64,000 nt of DNA, taken from positions 19,468,001 through 19,532,000 of the forward strand of contig OX597821.1 of assembly GCA_951406725.2 (NCBI GenBank), written 5' to 3'. Below, in pieces: positions 54,228 to 64,000 of the stretch (position 1 is the stretch's first letter; the number at the start of each line of letters is the position of its first letter). Origin of the DNA: Octopus vulgaris. Its lineage: Eukaryota. The notes below the pieces were generated by a model. That model ran no database searches, was not told where the DNA came from, and worked only from the letters and a program-made list of their open reading frames with translations. Made by a program: the position numbers and the translations under genes.

Positions 54228-57200
54228 TGTTTCTTTATTAGCCACACAGGGCTGCACACAGATAGAACAAATTACAAGGTAGAACTTTTCTTTTGAAGGT
54301 TTAAAAAAAAAAAAGGAAGGGGGAGTTTCGATCAAAAGGGATCGTAAAAGGAGAGAAAGAGGACAAAAAAAGGGGGGTTAAAAAAAGGGGGAGACGAAAA
54401 AAAAAATTTGATCAATAGGGATCGTTATCACAGAAATGTCAATATGAAGTGTAAAGGGGAGGACAGGTGAGGTTTACCCGTGGAAAGAAAAGCCTACGGA
54501 AAAGACCACGGTAACCTCGGTCAATGGAGTCACATGTTATATTTCTTTTTTTTTTTTTTTTTTTGCGAATAAGCAACTCTCTGTTTTCAATTTCTGGGTT
54601 CATAGGATTATGCTCAAGGTGGCTTCGTCATTCATACGTGCCATTCTTGCTACATTCACCCATCTTTTTTTAAAACATTCGCTAGACAAAACTTGCCTCT
54701 CTACTCTCACTTTCCTTTTCAAGTGGTACTTGAAGAAGTTGATGAGAGATTGACCAGAGAGGAAAATGTTTGTCTCCAATCCTTTCAGACGCGTCCACCA
54801 GATACATTCTTTCGCCATAGCCACAAGGATGATGAAAATAGCTCTTCCTTCCCGTTTGAAGGAAGGAGGCGTGAAATATTGACGATAGACTCAGCTGATA
54901 AACCGACTCGTCCCACACATGACAGCAGTTATTCGACATAAGCCCACAGGTTGGAAATTGTTGGACACTGCACGAGTGCGTGCAGAACGGTTTCGTCGCT
55001 CTGACCGCATCTCGGGCAGGTCGGCCCCGTGTTTCTCGAGCCGTGTCTGTAGAGCTTATCCCGAACGGGTAGCGCTTCTCGGTAGCACTGCCAGAGATCT
55101 CTGGAAGTTGTCCATGGGCCCTGGCCCGAAAGTCGTCCTGAACAGGCAGGTCAGGTACTCCTCGTCGACGTCCAGGTTCGCCCCGAGCTCGTCGTCGTAC
55201 CTCCCCTCCACTAAACCCCTATAGAATGCTTTGATTGTGTTGAAGTCACTCAAGGTCGACCCAGGACGGCAGAGTTGCTTGAGACCAACGCGACACTCGC
55301 GGTGCCATTCGCCCTTCCTCGGCCTCTTTTTGATCCACGACTGCAGTTCGGTCATGGAGACGAGCTGCGGGAAAGCGTGCCTCACAAACGGCGACCACAC
55401 CTGTTCACCGTCGTCTACATAGAGCCAGAGATGTCGCAGTCTCAGCGCGTGTCTGCGCATCATCAACCACGGCATGCCCAGCCCTCCTTTTAACGGGTGT
55501 TGACAGCAAATGGATCGCCTGACCATCGGGACGCATCCTTTCCACAAGAAGCGAAAGAGAATGCGTTGTAGTTTGGTGATGGTGGGGTCGGGACAAGGTA
55601 CGACGGTCAGGCGGTAGTAGATGACGGACGCGATGTACGTGTTCGCCACCTCCGCCCGACCTTTTAGGGACAGTTTCCTCTCGGCCCATTGCCGAGCGAG
55701 AGTGACCACCCTACTCGTTATCTCGTTCCAGTTCTTCTCCACTTGGAGGTCCGGACCAAACCAGACCCCGAGCAACTCAACCGGGCCGTCGGTCCAGCGT
55801 CCCACGATGGAGGCACTGGTGGACGGCATGGGCTTGCTTCTCCAGGTGCCTAGTCGCAAGCCCACTGACTTTTCCCGGTTGATTTTCGCTCCTGTCACCG
55901 CTTCGTAGTTTTTCAGTGTCTCGCCGACCTGCTCCATGTGCTCGTGGCTAGACACTATGACGGTGACGTCGTTCGCGTTTGCAGACACGCTCGTCCCGCA
56001 TCCCAGTTCTCGCGGGATGCCTCTCAAAGTTGCCAGCTTCCGCAATAATGGCTCGAGAGTCAATACGTATAGAAGCGACGAGAGGGGGCATCCCTGACGG
56101 ACCGAACGTGCGATGTCGAAAGGTCTCGATAGATGTTCATTCATGCGAATTACCGAACGGATGCCTCTGTACAAAGCGGCTATCCAGCCGCGGAAGACGG
56201 GACCGAAGCCAGCCGCTCCGAGGACCGCCTCCAAGTATCGATGGTCCACCCTATCGAAAGCTTTCGATTGATCCAAATTGATCAGCGCCCCACCCATGCC
56301 AGGTTCGTTAACTACCCTGTCTATGATGTAGCGCATCAGGTGGAGGTTGTCATGGATGGTCCGGCCTGGCACGGCGCATGTTTGCGCCTTGTCGACCAGT
56401 TTCTCGATGACAAGCGCCAACCTCTTGGCTAGCACCTTGGCCAAAATTTTCAAGTCTGCATTAAGCAGAGTGATGGGCCTAAAATTATCTATTACATTTC
56501 CCTTGTTTAGATCTTTCCTCAGCAGTGTTACGGCTCCTCGGCTCACAAAACCAGAAATGCTCCCGTTTTGCTGCCAGTTGCAGTGCACCGCCGCCAAGAG
56601 ATCTCCAAACAAGTCTGGCATACAATTGTAAAGCTCGTAGGGTAGACCATCCAAACCCGGTGATTTGTCCCTCGAGCATTCTGCCATCGCTTCCTGCACT
56701 TCCGCCGCCGTGATGGCACCTTCGCAGCACCCTGCCTTTCTTGTCGAGAGTCGTGGTAGGCTATGTAGGTAGGCACTGAAGTCCACCCTACGTTCTTGCC
56801 CTCCACTCGTTCCGAACAGTCGGGCAAAATGCTGCTGAAAGGCCTCACACATTTTACTTGGCTCGAGCAATTCGCGCCCCTGTTCATCTACCAGGGACCG
56901 AATGGTGGCTTTGTTGCCCTGTTGCGCCTCTGCCACCCGGGCCTCTCTCGCGGCTCCAACACCTTCGTTCCTTAGAGCACGCATCCTAGCTCTGACAGCA
57001 CATCCTTCGTGTTTGGCGTTGAAGTGTTGGTCGAGGGCCAACCTCGCCGCCAAAACGTCGGATGCGATGCCGCTTCCAATTGCCTCTTCTAGCTTCTTAA
57101 CTAGCTCACCCTCTACTCTATTTCTATCTATGGCTAGTGCTTTGCTTTACCTAATCGCTTCTGCTTTTACTGCTCTCTTGAGGGCAAACCACCATTTGTT

Positions 57201-57342
57201 GTTGATGATGGCTCCCGTCAAAGTCCTCTTTACTAGTGTGCTAATCCGGTCTCTGAAAACCTGTCTCGATGGGAAAGACGCGTTTAGTTTCCAGTATCCG
57301 GGACCCTGCCTAAGTGTCTTACCTAAGTCTAACGTACATGTC
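54227..57342 (-). mobile_element. Tx1/L1-clade non-LTR retrotransposon, 5'-truncated, inserted in (GATA)n
   Basis: GPGYWKLNASF at the 5' end, RT, zf-RVT, and a 3' tail CCCTGTGTGGCTAATAAAGAAACAT. GATA repeats abut both ends (54153-54226 and 57343-57360). Confidence 0.9.
54601..57340 (-). pseudogene. LINE ORF2 (RT + zinc finger), inactivated
   Basis: KSPGLDGLPYELY, NFRPITLLNADLKILAKVLAKRL, LDQSKAFDRVDH, SVRQGCPLS, GGLGMP. The catalytic YADD reads NAND. Stop just upstream of ORF 55056-57053 and a frameshift near 55090. Confidence 0.88.
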
Positions 57343-57554
57343 AGATAGATAGATAGATAGGAAAGGAAATTTATATGAACACTTCAGAGAATCTGGCTGT
57401 CAAGCTGAGGACAGTGCAATGTGCCTATTCCGAACAGTGAAAGGAACTTACCCCCCCCCCCCCCACTCACAGAGTTTGTTCCCCGCATCCTGTATGTATA
57501 TATATATATATATATAGACAGCTATACATAAACAGACAAACGCTCTTCCACACA

Positions 57555-57610
<56 letters not shown>

Positions 57611-57637
57611 AACACACACACAGAGGCGAAACATAAC

Positions 57638-57994
57638 TTTGGGTTGGTAAGAAAGTAATTTCGTTTTTCGCAAATTGTTACGGTTTTTCTCAAAATCTTT
57701 TCAGCGACGTTAGGGTTTTTCCTTTTGACATTTGATATCCGTTACTTTTAGGGTAATTTAAAAGCAAATTGCGCTTAATTTTGTTTTCAGTGGAAATCTT
57801 AACATGAAGTGCAAAAACGAACATTTTCGCCATATGTTGCTCTTTTATTTCCATGAAGGCAAGAAAGCTACCGAGGTTCACAAAGGGATATGTGAAGTTT
57901 ATGGTGTTGATTGCTTAACAGAACGCACATATCAGAAATGGTTTAAAAAATTCTGTTCTGGAGGTTTTTCACACAAAGATGATCAAAGGTCTGG
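57638..57994 (+). mobile_element. Mariner 5' end (TIR + HTH N-terminus), truncated
   Basis: TTGGGTTGGTAAGAAAGTAATTTCG TIR-like start. MKCKNEHFRHMLLFYFHEGKKATEVHKGICEVYGVDCLTERTYQKWFKKF...DDQRSG. Confidence 0.8.
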
Positions 57995-57999
57995 TGTGT

Positions 58000-58660
58000 G
58001 TGTGGGTACTGTGTTAAACAGTGTGTATGGGATTTTTTTTATAGTGGCATGATCGTGCTGAGCGTAACATGTTATGCAGTTGGCAGATGTTTAGGTGGAG
58101 GGGATAATTAGATGTGGAATGTGTGTGGGAATCCCTGTAGGGTTAGTATCAGATAAAGAGAGGTACTTAAGGACAGAGAGAGCAGAAGATGCAGTAAATT
58201 ACATAATTAGAGGTGCAGGTTTAGAAGGCGGCGTCGAGATAGGGACGGTGATAGGTGTCATTGAGGATGCTGGTGTTGGAGAGGTATGGGCAGGTGCGAC
58301 AGCGTTGGTGGAAGTAGGGAAGGAGTGAGGTTGAGAGGTAGAAGTGGGGAAGAAACAGTGGAACAGGAGTTCACGCAAGTTTTGGGGTCGTTTAGGGAAG
58401 ATGTTCGAGGTGAAGGTATGACAGCGTAGGTGGAAGCTGAAGGAAGCAGGGTGGGAGGCAGGGGTAGGGAAGAAACTATGGACAAGGAGGTCAGGCAGTT
58501 TATGGGATCATTTGAAGGAGGGAAGGAGTAGGTTAGGGAAGATATGCGAGGTGGGGGTCGGGCTGGCCAGAGAGGATGGTAGTGCTGGAGAGGTAGGTGC
58601 AGGTGTGGCAGCATGGGTGGAAGCAAAGGAAGAGAGGCTGAGAGGCAGGGGCAGGGGGAA
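58000..58660 (-). pseudogene. Second, decayed Neptune-type PLE (linker + GIY-YIG region)
   Basis: A minus-strand frame absent from the ORF track reads KRPQNLRELL ... RCRTCPYLSNT ... TCTSNYVIYCIFCSLCP (about 58170-58400). This matches the CxxC / TC.S.N.IY...C..C pattern of ORF 19062-19589. Confidence 0.7.
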
Positions 58661-58877
58661 AAATATATATATATTGCTTGTACGATTAATGAAATATGAA
58701 ATATGACCTGAATGTCAAATAGCTAAGTTTGGGCAAAAGATTCGAAGGTCAGAACCGATATGTTATTCCGTAAAAGCACGAACATGCGCGCGCGTACACA
58801 GACAAAACATACACACACATGTATATATATGTATACATATATACACATTTATATATATATATATATATATATATGTG

Positions 58878-58917
<40 letters not shown>

Positions 58918-58934
58918 TGCATGTATGTGTAAAC

Positions 58935-59010
<76 letters not shown>

Positions 59011-59029
59011 GTGTGTGTTTATGTATATA

Positions 59030-59062
<33 letters not shown>

Positions 59063-59584
59063 GTTTTAATATATACGTGTCTGTGCGTATGTGTGCGTGT
59101 GTGTGTCTTTGTATTCCAATATAAATCGGTATACATTTTCTATCACCGGAGATCTGTGTGTGTTTCTGTCATTAAGTGTGGGGATTGGTAGCATATGCGC
59201 ACTTTGAATTGCCTATGAATATGCCTATGAATTGCAATAAAAAAATGACACCATCAATAAAGAAATCGATTAAAAGTTTGATGTCAAGTTTTGGACACAA
59301 AATCTATAATCTGATCAATAATGATCCGTATTATATAAAATTAAAGACACATGAATCTGGTGTCCCATATCACATCGAAAATGTAGTGTTAAGCTTATTA
59401 GATCTTATCTTTTACTGTAATTTCATAGTGTTCCCCCTCCATGCCATATTATGATGCAGGAATCCTATATCAATAATAGCTATATCGTATCGCTTACAAT
59501 AGCGCTGATTTTCAATAATCCACAATTTTATGTTATCATTTGATTTTTAGCGTGGTGCAATTGATATGAGAATAGGTATAATAA

Positions 59585-59657
59585 AGCGGCGAGCTGGCAG
59601 AATGCTGTCTGTCTTTGTTCGTCCCGTCTGTGTTTAGCCCCTTGTGGGTAGTAAAGA
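59585..59657 (+). mobile_element. 73-bp internally deleted SINE family 1 (head fused to tail)
   Basis: GCGGCGAGCTGGCAGAA joined to TGTCTGTCTTTG..GTAGTAAAGA. TSD AATAGGTATAATAA at 59571-59584 and 59658-59671. Confidence 0.8.
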
Positions 59658-59789
59658 AATAGGTATAATAATTGTCCTACAGTGGGCTGATAACGATAGC
59701 TAAGATACCATACAACTATGAAAATTATACAAGGAGTTGGTATCATTTGAGCATCGGATACAATGAATTCCAATATTTGCTCCAACTAA

Positions 59790-59970
59790 GACAGAACCGT
59801 TAACACGTTGGACAAAATGCTTGTCTTTAAGTTCTGAGTTCATATTCTGCCGAGGTCGGCTTAACCTATCATCCTTTCGAGGTCGAGAAAAGAAAGTACT
59901 AAAAGCACTGGTGTCGATGTAATCGACTAGCATCTCCCACCAAAATTCAGCCGTGTTCCTATAGCAAAGA
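59790..59970 (+). mobile_element. Degenerate SINE family 1-related copy
   Basis: GTTCTGAGTTCA..GCCGAGGTCG..TCATCCTTTCGAGGTCGA. Confidence 0.6.
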
Positions 59971-60224
59971 GGAACTTCGGCACCGATTTTCTACGGTCTG
60001 AGTCCAAATCACGTCGAGTATCATACATCATCTCTACATCCCGTCCTAAAGTGATATTTTGGGACAGGATGTAGAGATGGTGTATTGAACTGGCTCTAGT
60101 AGTTCAGCTAATTACACGTGCAATATCGATTTTCAAGAAAATTTAGTTCCAAAGCATTTCCGGATTACTGATTTTTCCTGACCAGGAATAAATCTATGAG
60201 TCATCACTCTAAATAAAATATATA

Positions 60225-60492
60225 TCAGCTGGCACTCCGTCGGTTCCGACGACGAGTGTTCCTGTTGGTATGATTAATACAGGAAATTAACGTGCATGTG
60301 ACTGTTCTCATGAAATTAACGTGCAAGTGACTGTACTCCATAAACACGCGTAATCTTAATGCATTTCCCAGGGAGATTCGGCGTAATAGAGAATGTGGCA
60401 AGGCTGGCCTTTTGAAATACATTTACTACTCATTATTGCTTGGGGAGTGGAACAGAGCAACGTGAAATAAACCGTCTTGCTCATGGACAGAA
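60225..60492 (-). mobile_element. SINE fragment (body B + tail X)
   Basis: Minus strand GAGCAAGACGGTTTATTTCACGTTGCTC (body B), then CACGTTAATTTCA and AACCGACGGAGTGC (tail X). Confidence 0.7.
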
Positions 60493-60750
60493 TAGATATT
60501 AAACTCTCATAAATAAAATACGTTATTATGACTGGCAAAACTTTATTAATACTGTACTGTGCAAGACACTAGTTTGTACAATAGATCAGTAACCAGTTTG
60601 GTGGCCGCGGAAATTTTAAGATCATACTCGTAAATGTGCATGGACCATAAGAGATCCCGGACCAGCAAAATTCAGAATGTCGGTGCTGTACCTGAATTAG
60701 AATTTGTTCAATAATCTTTCTCTTGACACTACCTTTCTATCTCTATATAT

Positions 60751-61127
60751 GGAGGCGCAATGGCCCAGTGGTTAGGGCAGCGGACTCGCGGTCATAGGAT
60801 CGCGGTTTCGATTCCCAGACCGGGCGTTGTGTGTGTTTATTGAGCAAAAACACCGAAAAGCTCCACGAGGCTCCGGCAGGGGGTGGTGGTGATCCCTGCT
60901 GTACTCTTTCACCACAACTTTCTCTCACTCTTACTTCCTGTTTCTGTTGTACCTGTATTTCAAGCCTTGTCACTCTCTGTGTCACGCTGAATATCCCCGA
61001 GAACTACGTTAAGGGTGCACGTGTCTGTGGAGTGCTCAGCCACTTACACGTTAATTTCACGAGCAGGCTGTTCCGTTGATTCGGATCAACCGGAACCCTC
61101 ATCGTCGTAACCGACGGAGTGCTAAGA
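60751..61127 (+). mobile_element. tRNA-derived SINE (body A + tail X)
   Basis: A box TGGCCCAGTGG, B box GGTTTCGATTCCC. TSD ATCTCTATATAT at 60739-60750 and 61128-61139. Confidence 0.9.
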
Positions 61128-61627
61128 ATCTCTATATATAAACGCACACGTACTCATATACACACATATAAATGTGTTTGTGTGTTTATGTCTATAATTG
61201 TGCCTAGCTTCAAGCTTGTGTTATCATTATTCTTGATATCAGTTCTCTATGCATTTTCAATGTAAGCTTATATTTCGAGAGTGGCGTTTTGAATTCTCAC
61301 TTCCAATTCGAATAACTTATCTTTCTTTTAGTCATGAAGGAATGCGAGTGAAGAAATGGAAGATTGCAATTGCAAATCTCCTTTTTACACGTCTAAGGTT
61401 TCATGTTAATTAAGATGTTGCTTTAAATAATAATGCTCAAAATTTGAATTTTATTTGACGTTCATCACATTTTTCTAATGCCATAAAACATGGCATGAAT
61501 ATCATGAAATCTCATTTGTTTAAAATATATCTCTGATTAGTCTTTTGTTTTGTATCTATGAGAGAAATCCTTAAGTTTATATCAAGCGATCTTTCCAAAT
61601 TAACAATTGAAAACATTCTGAACGAAT

Positions 61628-61850
61628 ACTCTTTTACTCTGTTACTCTTTTACTGGTTTCAGTCATTTGACTGCGGCCATGCTAGGGCACCGCCTTTAAT
61701 CGAGCAACTCGAACTCGGGACTTATTCTTTTGTAAGCCCAGTACTTATTCTATCGGTCTCTTTTGCCGAACCGCTAAGTGACGGGGACATAAACACACCA
61801 GCATCGGTTGTAAAGCAATGCTAGGGGAACAAACACAGACACACAAACAT

Positions 61851-61911
<61 letters not shown>

Positions 61912-62077
61912 CATATATACGGCAGGCTTCTTTCAGATTCCGTCTACCAAATCCACTCACAAGGCTTTGGTCGGCCCGAGGCTATAGTAGAAGACACTTG
62001 CCCTAGGTGCCACGCAGTGGGACTGAATCCGGAACCATGTGGTTGGTAAACAATCCACTTACCACACAGCCACTCCT
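61628..62077 (-). mobile_element. tRNA-derived SINE family 2, full length
   Basis: Reverse complement of the 34238 family, with internal microsatellite and an (AAAAGAGT)-like tail. Confidence 0.88.
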
Positions 62078-63241
62078 TCGTGACTAAAAGAAAGATAAAA
62101 TAAACTTTTAATAAACGAGTCGCTATATTACCTTCTAGGTTTGATACTTCGACATGCTCTGAGTTACATTTAAAGCTAACCATGTTGCCTGTTAAGTTTA
62201 ATGTGTCAACATGTTTTCTGTCATTTTTAAAGAGTCATCTTATTATCAGTTAAATTAAACGCTACAAAAATAAAACACAGCACTACAATATGGAAAGAAA
62301 ACAAAAAGTAAAATTATTTACGGTACAAAAAATCCAGAAACTTATACGAATTAGAGCCTCACAAATGTTGTTTCATATTTATCAAACCTTATCTCTATGT
62401 AGAAGACGCAACAGTAGTCATTAAATGCCCGGCCGCACATTTATTGCATCTGAATTCGATTGAATCTAATTAATGAATCGCTGGAAGTAATTTCATCAAG
62501 CTAGGAATATCGAGAAACGTTATAGATTCCATTGGGTCCCGATCATAGTATATTTTGGGAAGAAATTATGAGTCATTAAAGTCTACTGATACTACAATTG
62601 CTCTGTGTACTATTTATTTCAAGAGGCATTTTCTATACATAGGCCAAGTAATTATGTAATTACAATCGCGTAAAAAGTTGGTATTCATGAATTTTGCGTT
62701 GTAGTTATATATTTCTGGTCAATTACCTCCATCCATCCCTTGTCTGTTTTAACACGTTTTTGTTTAAGACTGTGATATCGATAGGATACCTTACCATACA
62801 TTATTATATATTTTAGGAAGACTCTTGTCATACGTTTAGTTACATATCACTTATGAGGAAAGTGATTACCTCTTATATTTGTATTTCTACCTGTAGTATT
62901 ATTTGTGTTACTATACATTTTTCAAACTGTCAATGAAATTGCTTCCGATTCATTATGTAAATATTTCTTTCAATTGATAGAGTACACATGTTTAGTAATA
63001 TAGTTCGTAGTTGGCTTTTGATCATGAGAATTTGGGTAGTATATATATTGAGGCATACATTTCTTTTGTCGTGTTTAAGTTAATGTTTTCCCTGATTTTA
63101 GCTTTAATACAGCACGCCTGTAATTTACACGCGATAGCTTTGTTTTTATTGAAACCTTTACACTGATTTCACTAATAATAATAATAATCGTTTTTCACGC
63201 TTTTCAGAGTATTTCCATTTATCCCACTATTGTCCTATATT

Positions 63242-63553
63242 TTTTCTCGCCCTTTTCAAGCCTAAGCAGGCTCATGGGCCCGGTTTCCTGGTTTCTGTGG
63301 CGTATGTGTTCCCCCCAGCTGGACGGAACGCCAGTCCATCGCAGCGTTAATAAAGAAACAGGAAGAGAGAGTGAGAGAAAGTTGTGGTGAAAGAGTACAA
63401 CAGAGGTCACCACCCCGCAACCCTGCCGGAGCCTCGTGGAGCTTTTAGGTATTTTCGCTCAATAAACACACACAACGCCTGGTCTGAGAATCGAAACCGC
63501 GATCCTCCTACCGCGAGTCCGCTGTCCTAACCATTGAGACAATGCGCATCCAC
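63242..63553 (-). mobile_element. tRNA-derived SINE (body A + tail Y)
   Basis: Head and body match the 60751 copy; the tail matches the 9774 copy. TSD ATTGTCCTATATT at 63229-63241 and 63554-63566. Confidence 0.88.
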
Positions 63554-64000
63554 ATTGTCCTATATTAGTGAATTCTTTTTTTAGTGTGTATGGGGTATGA
63601 CAATTTTGAAATAGCTGCTCCCTGAAAGTTGTCTATGTGAACACTGAAATGTTCATTGTAGCGTTTCGAAACAGAAGAAATTGTCAAAAGTTGTAGTGAC
63701 AAAGTAATGCTTCCTCGGATGCTACAGCTTTCTTAACGTGTACTCTACACGTAAATTGGTAATATTCTGCACTAGTGAGATGCTTGAATATACAAACGTT
63801 GGATATTTTTAACTACATGATTTAGGGATTTATGTATTTCACTTGTGTTATACTTGTTTGTGATGCACTTGTGTAATAGAAATTATATTTTATTTCCTTT
63901 TGTTTACAAATTGACATCTTGTAAGGTTGCTGAACCCATATTGCTGGTGTGACTCGGTAAAACAATATCTAGTTCCCATGGCTCGAGGTGCTCAATTCAT

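Noticed and set aside
60751-60830. tRNA gene
   Set aside because: The tRNA-like head continues into a SINE body and tail bounded by a TSD, and there is no proper acceptor stem. The same applies to 9774 and 34238.

Overview
AT-rich eukaryotic non-coding DNA made almost entirely of transposable elements and microsatellites. The SINE families and repeat landscape suggest an octopus or other coleoid cephalopod (inference). I cannot confidently identify any host protein-coding gene. Recognisable elements are a full-length but decayed Chapaev3-type DNA transposon with TAA target-site duplication (TSD); a nearly intact Neptune-type Penelope-like element (PLE; RT + GIY-YIG, one frameshift) and a second decayed Neptune; a decayed Gypsy pol whose 3' LTR is interrupted by a Tx1 fragment; a 3.1-kb Tx1/L1-clade LINE inside (GATA)n; mariner/Tc1 remnants; a non-autonomous Helitron; MITEs; and many tRNA-derived SINEs. 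The main hidden signal is a set of unrelated non-coding repeat families (about 364, 430 and 560 bp monomers, plus one fragment). They sit in (TA)n, the three families have partial-tandem-plus-inverted architecture, and each carries a type I hammerhead ribozyme motif with a palindromic helix III. The Neptune 3' end carries one too. Two of these hammerheads have the compensatory U3-A8 core (UUGANAA instead of CUGANGA), and several inversion or truncation junctions map to the ribozyme. This looks like a PLE-driven, retrozyme-like system. All folds were done by eye and activity is untested.
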